From Planctomycetota bacterium (lineage in GTDB: Bacteria; Planctomycetota; GCA-002687715; CAIWVZ01): 64,000 bases of DNA. Positions within the stretch are counted from its first letter, which is position 1; each line of letters starts with the position of its first letter. The DNA lies in the NCBI GenBank assembly GCA_044222185.1, contig JBGANV010000013.1:10480-74479 (forward strand), written 5' to 3'. The notes under the pieces are model-generated. The model was not told where the DNA came from and did no database searches. It was given only the letters and a program-made list of their open reading frames with translations. A program made the translations under genes and the position numbers. Below are positions 25,923 through 38,039 of the stretch, in pieces.

Positions 25923-27812
25923 ATGCTCGATCCTCTGCACCTTGTCGAACTCCATCGTTCTGGCCTTTCCGACGACGCTATCGCTCGCTCCCGCATTCAC
26001 TCCGCCGACGCCGACACAGCCGCCGCCCTCGTTGGCATCCCGTGTGGCTCCGCGATGGTGATCCCATACCCGGACGCGAGGCTCGGAAACGGGTCACCTT
26101 TCTGCCGTGTGAAGCCAGACGCGCCCAAGCCGGATCGCAACGGGAAGACGGCGAAGTACCTCTCGCCGACCCGCGCGTTGAATCCCGAGGGCAATCGGCT
26201 CTACTTCCCCCCGAATCTCGACTCCGACGTTCTCGCGGACGCGTCGACCCCGATCCTGATCACAGAGGGTGAGAAGAAGGCTCTCAAGGCGACGCAAGAG
26301 GGCGTGCCGTGCCTCGGACTCGCCGGCGTCTACGCCTGGAAGAAGCGCGACGAGGACGACCAGTCCCAACCGATCGCCGACCTCTACAAGGTGCAGTGGC
26401 GCGGACGCCTTGTCGGCATCGTCTTCGACTCCGACGCGGCGTTCAACGACCTCGTGAAGGCCGCCGAGAAGGCCCTCCGAGATGAGTTGCGCCGCCGCGG
26501 CGCCCGGGTCTACATCATTCGGCTCCCCGAGCCGACCTTCGAGGAAGCCAAGGTCTACGGCTCGAAACTCGGCCTTGACGACTTCCTGTGTGCCCGCGGG
26601 GCGGATGCGTTCGGCGAACTCATGGTGGCGTCGGCTGAGACGCTCCCGCTGGGCGCGAAGTCTGCTCGAGTCCTCATGGCGGAGGCCGACCCTGAGGAAC
26701 CGGAGCTGATCCAGGGGCTTTGGCCCGAGGCCGGCTGCGGCTTCTTCGCTGGCGAGCCGAAGACGAAGAAGTCGTTCCTTTCCCTGGCCCTCGCGTACTG
26801 CGTCGCGACCGGCACGCCGTTTCTTGGACGAGCCGTACGCAAGGGCACAGTCGTCATCGTTGACGAAGAGAACGACCGACGCGAGCTGAAGAAGCGCATG
26901 CGGCGCGTCGCCGCGGGCCTGGGGGTTCCTGCCGACCTGGACGCGATCATCGTGGCAGCACCATCCGTCCTCAAGCTCGACAACCCAGACGCGATGAAGG
27001 AGCTTAGGGCGCTCCTCGATGAAGTGAAGCCCGCCCTGGTCGTTCTCGACCCACTCGTCCGCCTGCACCAGGGTGACGAGAACGAGGCGATGACCGTTGC
27101 GCCGATGCTCGCCGACGTGCGACGGGCGTCACGACACTTTCGGTGCTCCGTCATCGTTGTGCACCACCTGAGGAAGAAGGCCGAGGGGACGAAGGCCAGC
27201 CATGGGCAACGGATGCGCGGCAGCAGCGACCTGCACGGTTGGCTCGACGCCGCGGTCTACTTCGAGAAAGGGTCCGACGATCTCATCAAGTTGACGTTCG
27301 AGACCCGCTACTGCGTTCCGCCCGACCCGATGTACGTGCAGCTCACGGACGGGGCGGACTCCGTGCGCTGGGAGCGAGTCGAGAAGTCGGACGAGGCGGG
27401 CGAGGAAGCTGAGCCGCTCGGGGCGATCCGACGGGTCCTTGAGGTGGCGGAGGTGCCGATCACTCGCGAGGAGCTTCGGATTGCGACCGGGCTCAGCGAC
27501 AAGAGGCTCAAGGCTGGGATCACGAGCCTCGTGGCGGCCAATCTCGCACTCATCGGGTCGCGCCCCACAGGCGGCAAGCCCGCGACGACCTTCTGGTTGA
27601 GGAGCCGCGGAGCGCCGGCCACTTATTCGCCTTCCGGCTCCCCCTTAGAGGGGGGAACGACGGCGAAGAAGTCAGATGCATCGCCGGCAGATCCGTCGGA
27701 GGCCGGCGAACTTCTTCGCCGTCCTTCACCCCCTAAGGACGATCGCGGCGACGAAGAAGGGGTGCCCCCCGCAGACGCGACCGCGGACGAGGCGATGGGG
27801 GGTGATCCATGA
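25923..27812 (+). CDS. Primase (DUF3854/TOPRIM-like) fused to AAA_25 RepA-type helicase with C-terminal wHTH
   Basis: KYLSP, ITEGEKKA, IVFDSD, GLDDFL, Walker A GEPKTKKS, Walker B VVLDP, VHHLRK, RGSS. Confidence 0.88.
   Translation: MLDPLHLVELHRSGLSDDAIARSRIHSADADTAAALVGIPCGSAMVIPYPDARLGNGSPFCRVKPDAPKPDRNGKTAKYLSPTRALNPEGNRLYFPPNLDSDVLADASTPILITEGEKKALKATQEGVPCLGLAGVYAWKKRDEDDQSQPIADLYKVQWRGRLVGIVFDSDAAFNDLVKAAEKALRDELRRRGARVYIIRLPEPTFEEAKVYGSKLGLDDFLCARGADAFGELMVASAETLPLGAKSARVLMAEADPEEPELIQGLWPEAGCGFFAGEPKTKKSFLSLALAYCVATGTPFLGRAVRKGTVVIVDEENDRRELKKRMRRVAAGLGVPADLDAIIVAAPSVLKLDNPDAMKELRALLDEVKPALVVLDPLVRLHQGDENEAMTVAPMLADVRRASRHFRCSVIVVHHLRKKAEGTKASHGQRMRGSSDLHGWLDAAVYFEKGSDDLIKLTFETRYCVPPDPMYVQLTDGADSVRWERVEKSDEAGEEAEPLGAIRRVLEVAEVPITREELRIATGLSDKRLKAGITSLVAANLALIGSRPTGGKPATTFWLRSRGAPATYSPSGSPLEGGTTAKKSDASPADPSEAGELLRRPSPPKDDRGDEEGVPPADATADEAMGGDP
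27621..27759. repeat. Two tandem hairpins in the 3' end of the primase-helicase gene (candidate origin)
   Basis: ACTTATTCGCC..CCCCCTTAGAGGGGG..GGCGAAGAAGT and CTTCTTCG..CCCCCTAAGG..CGAAGAAG. Confidence 0.7.
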
Positions 27813-27943
27813 TCGCCATCGAGATCGTCCCCTGCGTGGCAACGGGCTGCGACGGACTCATGCGCCCTGCCGAGGGGCAGTTGCTCGTCTGTTCGTGGTG
27901 CGGCTGCACGGTCGTCACCGCCGTCCCGGGAGGTACGCGATGA
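27809..27943 (+). CDS. 44-aa zinc-ribbon-like peptide
   Basis: MIAIEIVPCVATGCDGLM...VCSWCGC. ATGA overlaps at both ends. Confidence 0.55.
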   Translation: MIAIEIVPCVATGCDGLMRPAEGQLLVCSWCGCTVVTAVPGGTR

Positions 27944-28251
27944 CTGCGCCGTGCCCGCGATGTGGGGCACAGGCGGCGGCGCTTCCCATCCACGATGTCG
28001 AGATCCTGCCGGCCTTCGATCCAAACCATCGGACGACGGGGCTCATCGGTTGGGCGCGGATCCTCATCGGCCCGTTCCGGATCGATGGACTCGCCGTAAG
28101 GCGGCGCCTCGACGGGCGGTGGATCGTGACGTGGCCGGCGCGGCGAGATGCAGCGGGGCGCATGCATCCGTCGGTCATCCCCATCGACGACGAGGTTCGG
28201 CGCCGGGTCGAGGATGTGGTGCTCACCGCCGCACGAAAGGCGGTCCCATGA
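27940..28251 (+). CDS. SpoVG-like nucleic-acid-binding protein
   Basis: LIGWARILIG.FRIDGLAVRR...IVTWPARRDAAG..H..VIPI...R..VE..VL follows the SpoVG pattern. GGAGG RBS. Confidence 0.7.
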   Translation: MTAPCPRCGAQAAALPIHDVEILPAFDPNHRTTGLIGWARILIGPFRIDGLAVRRRLDGRWIVTWPARRDAAGRMHPSVIPIDDEVRRRVEDVVLTAARKAVP

Positions 28252-28477
28252 TCGCACCTCGACATGAGGACTCGCAGAGAACCGAGCAGCGGAAAGGCCT
28301 CGTCGAGGTCCAGATCGTCCGGGGCTTGAGTACCCCGCATCCCTGCGCCTGGGACGCGCTCCGAATGTTCGCGCGCATCGCGGTTCGGGGTGCGCTCGAA
28401 TCCTCGATTCGACTGGATCCATCGGCCGCGTCACGGCTCAGTGTGTCGAGCAGCGACACGCTGACGGAGAAGACATC

Positions 28478-28481
<4 letters not shown>
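28248..28481 (+). CDS. Small hypothetical protein coupled to the recombinase (possible directionality factor)
   Basis: ATGA overlaps on both sides. Function inferred from position only. Confidence 0.45.
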
Positions 28482-30411
<1,930 letters not shown>

Positions 30412-30588
30412 GTGAAGGTGTGGATGATAGGTGACCGTTGGGGTGATTCAACAGGCACGGGCGAAGTCGGCAGGCTGCGGATGCGTCGACCGAGAGCGTC
30501 CGGAGGCGGGCGCGAGCGAGGGAACGGCGGCGTCGGCTCGGCGAGTCTGGGCCCGTGTGGCGCTGGCGGAGCCCGGCGGCGACGCGGT

Positions 30589-33372
30589 TCACCAACCGCG
30601 CGAGGTCCAGGCGTTCACGAGGCGCTCGGCGCATTCCGCCCAGGACTCGCGCGGGGAGCCCACCTCGGGAATGGTCACGGAACGAAGTGCGGGATCGTCC
30701 TTCAGAATCCCGCGCAGGGCGAGGATTCGGCGCTCGGCCGCTCCAGCTGGGCCCATGCGCGCCACTCCGACGAGCCCATCGACGAGCCAGGGCGCGAGCG
30801 ATGGACCCGCCCGTACGACTTCATTGACCTTCTCCTGAACCCCATCGCCACCGATGTCGTCCAGCGACCGGGCGAGCGCGCGCATCCGGTCGTCCTCGAG
30901 AATCAATGTGTCGAGAGCGCCCAGGTCGTTCTCGGGCAACGCCTTTTCTTGGCGCAGTTCGACGGCCAGCGAGCGGGCACGCGCGCGGTCCGTCGCGTGC
31001 GGCGAACGCAGCAGTGCCTCCGCCAGCCGCTGGCGGATGATCGGCAACTCGACCTTTCCCGGCAGGTCGAGCGCCTGGCGCATGTGTGCCACCCCGTCCT
31101 GCACCTTCCCGGTCGCAACCTCCGCCCTCGCAAGCAGGAAGCTCAAGTCGCGGTCCGTCGCGCGGGCCGGCAGACCTTCGACGAACGTCCGAGCCGCCGC
31201 CGCGTCCCCGGCCTCGATCAGGTTCAGCGCGAGACGCCTCTCGACGTCGCGCCGCTCGTCCGGCGTCATGACGGCACCGTCGCTGGAGAGCGCGAGTCTC
31301 AAGTCCGCCGCAGCCTCCCGACGTCGGTTGAGCACTTCACGAATTCCAGCGCGGAGCACCAGCAGTCGTCCGTCCTGCGGTTTCGCGGCGAGTTCTGCGC
31401 TGACGATCTCGTGCGCCTGTTTGAGCGACTCCGGCGTCCGATCGGAGAACAGCGCCCTTGCCAGCAGCGTCCGGCATTCCGGCAGCCGTGCGCGCTGGCT
31501 GGGACTCGCGCTGGCGCCCGAAAGGAACTCGATGACCGCCCGCAACAACACGACCGCCGGCGCGGGACGATTGGCGGCAACGAGTGCGGCCGCCCGGGTC
31601 TCGAGAACCTCGGGCGTCGCCGACGCAAGCTTCGTGAGCAATTCCGCCAGCTCGCGTGACGTCTCCACACTCGCCTCGAGATCGAGCCACCTGGCGACGA
31701 TGTCGCCGACGATCGGGCGCTTGATGGCCTGAAGGTCCGCGACGAGGCTCGCCCTCGCCTCGGTCGAGGTGGCGACGACGGGCAACGCAGCTCCGACCGC
31801 CGCGACGACCTCCGCCGCACGTGCCGGTGCGAGGTCGACGGCGCCGACGGCCTGGATCAATCCGCGCACGGCCGGCTCACGCGCAGCGCCCGGCTTTGCC
31901 GCGACCTCGAGGAGGGCGCCGAGCGCGTCATCCGCGGTGCTCTGCAACGCGACGAGCGCGCGCACCATCGCAAGCTGGGGATCTGCCTTCTGCTCGGCCC
32001 TGAGGGCCCTCGCGAGTGCAGCCGCCGCGCTGGCCTGTCGTCCGTACTGGAGCACGCGGGCCGCGTTGCTCCGCACGTCCGGCGACGGGTCCGAGAGCGC
32101 GGCGATGATCGTCCCGAGCCCGCAGTTCAGGCGGTAGAGCGACGTCACGACTTGTGCGCGGACTCCGACGGCCTCGAGCTCGTTCCCGACGGGCGATCTG
32201 AATACGGCCTCGATCGCTTCGCAGTCCTTCTCCGATCCGACCTGCGCCAGCGCCTTCAACGCCGCAGTGACGACCGTGGCGCTGGTGTCCGTCAACCGCG
32301 CCACGAGTACGGGAGCAACCTCGGGCTTCATCTCCGGCTTCGCTTGCGCCAGCTCGCCCAGACTCTCGATCATCACTCCGAGCGTTTCGAAGTCCTTCTC
32401 GTCCTTCAGCGCTTCGACGAGCACCTTGATCGCGGACTTGACGACCTCGAGGTCGGCATCGCGCAGCTCGCGGCATTGCCGCGCTGCATAACGCCGAACC
32501 TCCGGCTCCGGATACCGCCCGACGTCGAAGTAGTCCTTGGGGACCTGCTTCGCGACGATGGCCGCGTTGACGTTCTTCTTGACCTCGCGGACGAACCGCT
32601 GGTCGCGCTCGGCAATCGCGGATCCGTACAGGTCGCGCTCCGTGAATCCGTCCGGGTGTTCCTGGACGAGTCGGTCGTACCACTGCTGCCAGGACTGCTG
32701 CTGAACGAAATCCTGGAAGGTGATTCGCTGCAGCGTCTGGAGGATGTCGCTCGCGACGCCAGCGTGGGGCTTGCTCTGCAAAAGGCGGATCAACGACTTG
32801 CTCGCCTGCATGCGCTCGGCAGGCGTGTCGACCACCTCGGCGAGGAGCCGGAGCGAAACCGCACTCGGTGCCCCACCCGGGGGATTCTCGATGGCGTTCA
32901 CCATCACCTCGAGCATGGAGTCCTGTTGGTCGAACGCCTTGAAGCGTTCGGTCAGGTACCGGTCGCGCGCGGAGTCGGTCGCGCGGTACATCGGGATCAA
33001 GACTGGCAGGATCGAGCGATCACGCTCGAACTCGAACGTCTCGACGATCCCGGCAAACGTGTGCTCGGGCAGGCTCTTCTCGGCGACCACTTCCAACAGC
33101 TTCGCGCGCGCGGCGGGCCCGACAGAATAGAGGTCTTTCGCCTGGAGCGCGGCGCTGGCGGAGGTAGGAGCTGCGCGCAGGCTCTTCAGCCCGCGGGCGA
33201 GGGCCTCGTTCGCGCGAGTGGTGAGCTCACGGGACTCGGGGCGAGTCGTCGGAGCGGAGGTAGTCGATGAGACCGGCCCGGGGAGTTGGACGGATACCGC
33301 AGCGGCAAGCCGCACGCTGGCGCCCGCCCAGACGAGCAGGACAACGATGAGTATCCGAGGGTATCCCCGCAC
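30589..33372 (-). CDS. Exported HEAT-repeat/TPR protein (start approximate)
   Basis: Signal peptide. LSDPSPDVRSNAARVL and LTDTSATVVTAALKAL HEAT motifs, TPR-like C-terminal half. Confidence 0.75.
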   Translation of the reverse strand: MRGYPRILIVVLLVWAGASVRLAAAVSVQLPGPVSSTTSAPTTRPESRELTTRANEALARGLKSLRAAPTSASAALQAKDLYSVGPAARAKLLEVVAEKSLPEHTFAGIVETFEFERDRSILPVLIPMYRATDSARDRYLTERFKAFDQQDSMLEVMVNAIENPPGGAPSAVSLRLLAEVVDTPAERMQASKSLIRLLQSKPHAGVASDILQTLQRITFQDFVQQQSWQQWYDRLVQEHPDGFTERDLYGSAIAERDQRFVREVKKNVNAAIVAKQVPKDYFDVGRYPEPEVRRYAARQCRELRDADLEVVKSAIKVLVEALKDEKDFETLGVMIESLGELAQAKPEMKPEVAPVLVARLTDTSATVVTAALKALAQVGSEKDCEAIEAVFRSPVGNELEAVGVRAQVVTSLYRLNCGLGTIIAALSDPSPDVRSNAARVLQYGRQASAAAALARALRAEQKADPQLAMVRALVALQSTADDALGALLEVAAKPGAAREPAVRGLIQAVGAVDLAPARAAEVVAAVGAALPVVATSTEARASLVADLQAIKRPIVGDIVARWLDLEASVETSRELAELLTKLASATPEVLETRAAALVAANRPAPAVVLLRAVIEFLSGASASPSQRARLPECRTLLARALFSDRTPESLKQAHEIVSAELAAKPQDGRLLVLRAGIREVLNRRREAAADLRLALSSDGAVMTPDERRDVERRLALNLIEAGDAAAARTFVEGLPARATDRDLSFLLARAEVATGKVQDGVAHMRQALDLPGKVELPIIRQRLAEALLRSPHATDRARARSLAVELRQEKALPENDLGALDTLILEDDRMRALARSLDDIGGDGVQEKVNEVVRAGPSLAPWLVDGLVGVARMGPAGAAERRILALRGILKDDPALRSVTIPEVGSPRESWAECAERLVNAWTSRGW

Positions 33373-33463
33373 GATGGCCTCAAGCTCAGATGCGCTCCAC
33401 CGACATCGAGTGTCAGACGGGCCGCATGGTACCACGCTCCAACAACCGGTCGCGGCGTGTTGA

Positions 33464-34003
33464 TTACGCAACGACGTGCGGAACGCTCCCCAACCGATCC
33501 ACGATCGACCGTGCGACCTGCTCGACTTCACCCGACCCGTCGACCAGGACGTGGCACGTCGCGCGGTACAGCGCGTCTCGATCGGCGAATTGGATGAACG
33601 CCTCGGTGCACGGATCCCCACCGACGAGAATCGGGCGGTCGGACTCACCGGTCATCTCGGCCCGGTGCGCGAGCGTCCACGGATCGCACCGCAGGTAGAC
33701 GACCTGAGTGCATCGGCGCAGCCACTCGGCATTCGCGGGCAACAGGATCGTGCCGCCGCCCGTCGCGATGATCTGGGACGGGCCCGTCAGAACGCTGCGA
33801 AGCGCGCGCCCTTCGGCTGCGCGAAACGCGTCGATGCCACGGGCGCCGATCCACTCCGCCGGCGTCGACCCCGTCTCGTTCGCGATGGCCACGTCCAGGT
33901 CCGCGAAGCTCCGCCCCAGGATCGCGGCCAGCCTCTGGCCGACCGTCGTCTTGCCCGCCCGCCGCGGTCCGATCAGGGCGATGCGATCCGCTGGTACGCC
34001 CAT
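33464..34003 (-). CDS. aroK: Shikimate kinase
   Basis: GPRRAGKTT, DLD, FR..E, ATGGG, RP. Confidence 0.9.
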   Translation of the reverse strand: MGVPADRIALIGPRRAGKTTVGQRLAAILGRSFADLDVAIANETGSTPAEWIGARGIDAFRAAEGRALRSVLTGPSQIIATGGGTILLPANAEWLRRCTQVVYLRCDPWTLAHRAEMTGESDRPILVGGDPCTEAFIQFADRDALYRATCHVLVDGSGEVEQVARSIVDRLGSVPHVVA

Positions 34004-35481
34004 GAGAGCGCTCCCGTCAGGCGATTCTCCACCTCAGCGAGCCCGCCCCAGAAAAAGTGCAGCTGCGCCGCCGCCTGCGCGAGGTACATCTCGTCCCCGC
34101 CGATGACGGTGAGGCCGGCGGCGGCGGCCTCCCGCATGAGGGGCGTTTCCCGCGGCCGGTAGTTCGTTTCGAAGACGATGCCATCAGGCTTCACCCAGGA
34201 GATGTCCACGGCACGACCCGAGGGATCGCGGAGGCTGCCGGCCGGTGTGGCGTTCAGCACGAGATCGAACGCCCGCCCGCCGACGACGGGCCGCGCGACG
34301 GCCGGCACCCCCACGAGCTGCGCCGCAGCCTCGGCCTTCGCCGGGGTTCGGCCAAAAAAGGCCACATCCATTCCGACGGAACGGAGGCCGATGGCAGCTG
34401 CCCGACCGGCGCCACCCACGCCGACGACGAGCGCCTTCATCTTCGATGGGTCACGTCCGCCGGCGTGGAGTCGCTTGCGGACCGGAACCGTGACGCCGTC
34501 CACGTCCGTGTTGTAGGCCGTCCATTTCCCATTCTCGAATACGAGCGTGTTCGCGGCGCCAGCCGACCGCACCCGGGGGTGGATCGCCTCCGCGAACGGC
34601 AGGATCGCTTCCTTGAACGGCGTCGTGACCGACAACCCTCGGATTCCGAGGATGCGGATCACCTCGCGAAGTCCGACGAGCGTCGGCGTGGTGAGCGGGA
34701 TGTAGGTCGCCGGCAGGCCCAGGCCTCGGAAGACGCGGTTGAAGACGAGCGGACCCAGGCTCGACGCAGCTTGATCACCCAGCACGCCGAACGTGGCGAC
34801 GGGCGGCGGGACGTCCGGACCGCCTCGGTACAGATCGACCAGGTCCTCGAGCGTCGGCACGTTGGCGGCCAGGAGCTCCGGCGCGGCCTTGCCGCCCGGC
34901 GGGGCGTATGCCGCGAAGATCCAAGGACTCCCGAAGCGGTCGAACAGCCATCGCGACGGGATGCCGACCGATCCGAGCCCGATCGCGGTCACACGACCCG
35001 CCTCGATGCGCGTCACGCCGGAGAGCGCCACGAGATCCAGCAGCGTCCGCGCCCGTGCCGCGATCTTGACCATGGCGATCTCCGGCGCCAGCAGTTGCCG
35101 CACCAGCCCAGGAAGGTCCGACGGAACGGCCTCGAAGTCGTGCAACGAGACGATCCGCCGTACGTGCGGCGGCGTAGTCACCGAATGGCGGCACTCGAGC
35201 TCGGTATCGACCCAGGTCGCCCCCGCCTCCGCCGCTTTTCGCAGCAGCTCGAAGCGCTCGTCCTCGGTTCCGCGGTAGCGGCCACCGTCCCGCGGACGTC
35301 TGCAGGTTGCGATGGTCTCGATCGGGGCGTGCGCAAAGACGCTGACGTCTGGCGGAGTCATGAAGTCCAGACGAATCTCCGCCGCAACGGCGCCGCGGCG
35401 GAATCCCGGCCTGGCCGCCAGGGCTGCGAGGTCGCGGCGGACGTCGTCCGCCGTCCCGCCGGGCAAGACGGCGACGATCAT
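33973..35481 (-). CDS. aroE: Bifunctional type I 3-dehydroquinate dehydratase / shikimate dehydrogenase
   Basis: EIRLD, ATCRR..DGG, SLHDF, KIA; then SVTTPFK, AANT, NTDVDG, GVGGAGRA, NATP. Confidence 0.88.
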   Translation of the reverse strand: MIVAVLPGGTADDVRRDLAALAARPGFRRGAVAAEIRLDFMTPPDVSVFAHAPIETIATCRRPRDGGRYRGTEDERFELLRKAAEAGATWVDTELECRHSVTTPPHVRRIVSLHDFEAVPSDLPGLVRQLLAPEIAMVKIAARARTLLDLVALSGVTRIEAGRVTAIGLGSVGIPSRWLFDRFGSPWIFAAYAPPGGKAAPELLAANVPTLEDLVDLYRGGPDVPPPVATFGVLGDQAASSLGPLVFNRVFRGLGLPATYIPLTTPTLVGLREVIRILGIRGLSVTTPFKEAILPFAEAIHPRVRSAGAANTLVFENGKWTAYNTDVDGVTVPVRKRLHAGGRDPSKMKALVVGVGGAGRAAAIGLRSVGMDVAFFGRTPAKAEAAAQLVGVPAVARPVVGGRAFDLVLNATPAGSLRDPSGRAVDISWVKPDGIVFETNYRPRETPLMREAAAAGLTVIGGDEMYLAQAAAQLHFFWGGLAEVENRLTGALSWAYQRIASP

Positions 35482-36365
35482 CGAAGGTGCTCCCGGAGGT
35501 AGGCCGCAACGGCGGCCGAACGATCGCCGTCGGGCCGGGTCGCGGCGAGCCGCGCCAGGGCCTCCGACACGACGGAATACAGGCGGACGTCATCCAGCGA
35601 AAGGCGCGCGAACGCCTCGACGTGCCGGCGCACGACGGCTTCATCTCCGCGGACGACCGGCCCCGTCAGCGCACTCGCCGCGCCATCCCGCGCCGCATTG
35701 CCCAAGGCTCCCTGTGCCAACGCCACCAACGCGCCCCGCGCGACGGAGGATGGAACTCCTGCCCCGAGCAACGCACGCTCGGCCGCGTCGATCACGGCCA
35801 GGATCCCGTTGCCGGCAAGGGCGGCGCCGGCGTGATAAAGGTCTCGATGTTCGGCGCCCAACTCGAAGGGAGCGCCGCCCACGCTGCGCACGAGGCGAAA
35901 CAGCCTGTCGCGGTCCGCCGCATCGCACTCGATCGCACACGCGGCACCGGCGAGATCGGTCAACCCTGGGTCGCGTGCCGGGAATGACCGCATGGGATGG
36001 AGGGCAGCCGTGTGGCACCCCCGGACGCGGAGTGGGTCGAGCGCGTTCCTCCCCCGGCTCCCACAAAGGTGGACGACGAGCGGCGCAGGATCGCCGCCAT
36101 GCGGGGCCGCCGAGCATTCCGCCACGACTGAGTCGAGACGGTCATCGGGGACGGCGATGATGGCGAGCGTCGCGCCGACGCATGCCCGATCGTGGGGCCT
36201 CGACTCGATGGGGCCAAGCACGAGCTGAGCGGCCCTCCGACTCGCCTCCGACCCTCCTACGAGCGTCAAGGCCACGTGCCCCAGCCGCTGCCAGAGCCGG
36301 ACCATGGAACATCCGGCCCGGCCCGGTCCGACGAGCGCGATGGTCTCAGCTGGCGGGTGCTTCAT
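35478..36365 (-). CDS. Rossmann-like/DUF2520 oxidoreductase (PanG-like ketopantoate reductase candidate)
   Basis: GPGRAG, AVPDD, HPMRSF, YHAGA..A.N, ALTGPVVRGD. Confidence 0.85.
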   Translation of the reverse strand: MKHPPAETIALVGPGRAGCSMVRLWQRLGHVALTLVGGSEASRRAAQLVLGPIESRPHDRACVGATLAIIAVPDDRLDSVVAECSAAPHGGDPAPLVVHLCGSRGRNALDPLRVRGCHTAALHPMRSFPARDPGLTDLAGAACAIECDAADRDRLFRLVRSVGGAPFELGAEHRDLYHAGAALAGNGILAVIDAAERALLGAGVPSSVARGALVALAQGALGNAARDGAASALTGPVVRGDEAVVRRHVEAFARLSLDDVRLYSVVSEALARLAATRPDGDRSAAVAAYLREHLR

Positions 36366-36383
36366 GGAAACGAGCGGTTGCGG

Positions 36384-37262
36384 TCAATGCGCCCCCGACT
36401 GGCGGTAGGAGGCCGTGCGTCGGACTTCCAGCGTCGGGTCGGCGGTGACGAGCGTGTCGTGCAGGCGACGGGCATCGTATTGCGACGAGCACAGGAAGTA
36501 GAAGGACCCACCACTCCCCGAAAGCACGGGAGGCCGGCCGGCGAGCGTCGTCAGGCGTTGACGGCGCTCCGCGAGAGGCGGATAGGCCCTCTCCGCCGCG
36601 GCGGCAAGCCGGTTGAAAGGGCGATGCTCGACCCCCCCGACGGCGAGCGTCGCGCCGGTTTCCAGGGCGCGCAGGAGCGGCGTGACGTCGCGAGGGGAGG
36701 TCACCGGTTCGAGGACGCGGTAGACGGCCCCGGTGTTGCACGCCACGTTCGGCAGGACGAGGACGACGTGTCGCACGCCCTTGTGGGGCAGCGCCTCGAC
36801 GATTTCCCCCCGCCCGGAGCATCTGGCCAGTCCGCCGGCCACGAAGAATGCCGTGTCGCTGCCCACCGTGGCCGCGATGCGGATCCTCGTGGCCAGGTCG
36901 ATCCTCAGCCCGTGGAGCTGGAGGACGAGATCCAACGCGCAGGCGGCGTCGCTGCTTCCGGCGCCGAGTCCGGACCCGGGGGGCAGCTCCTTCTCGATGT
37001 GGATTCGAGCCGGAAGCGGCCGTCCCAGTTCGATCTCGGCTGCGCGGACGATCCGCCACGCCAGGTTGTCCGGCCCGTTCGGGACGTCGGGCCGATCCGC
37101 CGTCACGACGAGGTCGGGCGACGGGCTCGCGACGAGGCGATCCCCGATCGCAATCGTCTCCATCACCGTGACGAGTTCATGGAATCCGTCCGGCCGCTTC
37201 CCAAGGATTTCGAGGAAGAGGTTGATCTTCGCGGGCGCGAAACCGGTGAGGGTCGTCTCCAC
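36384..37262 (-). CDS. ispE: 4-diphosphocytidyl-2-C-methyl-D-erythritol kinase
   Basis: APAKINLFL, R.DGFHEL, P.GSGLGAGSSDAA, GSD, SGSG. Confidence 0.95.
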   Translation of the reverse strand: METTLTGFAPAKINLFLEILGKRPDGFHELVTVMETIAIGDRLVASPSPDLVVTADRPDVPNGPDNLAWRIVRAAEIELGRPLPARIHIEKELPPGSGLGAGSSDAACALDLVLQLHGLRIDLATRIRIAATVGSDTAFFVAGGLARCSGRGEIVEALPHKGVRHVVLVLPNVACNTGAVYRVLEPVTSPRDVTPLLRALETGATLAVGGVEHRPFNRLAAAAERAYPPLAERRQRLTTLAGRPPVLSGSGGSFYFLCSSQYDARRLHDTLVTADPTLEVRRTASYRQSGAH

Positions 37263-37355
37263 GTCCGATGAATAACCGCACGTTCAATGGCCGACCAGAC
37301 AGAGTGCGGCGACGGAAGCCGGCCAACGGTTCGCGGTTAGACTCTCCGAGCGGTC

Positions 37356-38039
37356 ATGGTGACGAGTCAGAAGATCATCGCGGTGATCCCCGCGTTCAAC
37401 GAGGAACGGGCCATCGGACCGGTGATTGCCGGCCTTCGCGGGCATGTTTCCGAGGTGATCGTCGTCGACGATGGATCACGGGACGGAACGGCAGCCGCCG
37501 CGCGTGCAGCCGGGGCGACGACACTGGCCCACGCGATCAACCGCGGGCAGGGTGCGGGTCTGGCGACCGGCATCCGGGCCGCGCTCGAATCGGGCGCGGA
37601 CCTGATCGTCACGTTCGACGCCGACGGCCAGCATCAGCCCTCCGACATCGCGAGGCTCGTCGCACCGGTGGTCGCCGGAGACGCCGACGTGGCGCTCGGC
37701 TCCCGGTTCCTCGAGCCGGGGTCGAACGTGCCGCCCCTCCGGCGGCTCGTGCTCAAGCTCGCCATCTGGTTCACGTTCCTCACGACCGGGTTGCGGCTCA
37801 CTGATGCCCACAACGGCATGAGAGCCCTCTCCCGCACCGCGGCATCGAAGATCCGCATCCGGCAGGATCGCATGGCGCACGCATCGGAGATCATCGGAGA
37901 GATCAAACGGCACGGCTTGCGGGTGCGCGAGGTGCCCATCACCGTCCGCTACACCGAGTACTCCCGCGCCAAGGGCCAAAGCGCATTCGGCGCCCTGCGA
38001 ATCCTCATGGACCTCTGGGTCGGAAGGGGCGTGCGATGA
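37356..38039 (+). CDS. GT2 glycosyltransferase (DPM1-like)
   Basis: IPAFNEE, VDDGSRD, FDADGQH, GSRF. Confidence 0.92.
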   Translation: MVTSQKIIAVIPAFNEERAIGPVIAGLRGHVSEVIVVDDGSRDGTAAAARAAGATTLAHAINRGQGAGLATGIRAALESGADLIVTFDADGQHQPSDIARLVAPVVAGDADVALGSRFLEPGSNVPPLRRLVLKLAIWFTFLTTGLRLTDAHNGMRALSRTAASKIRIRQDRMAHASEIIGEIKRHGLRVREVPITVRYTEYSRAKGQSAFGALRILMDLWVGRGVR

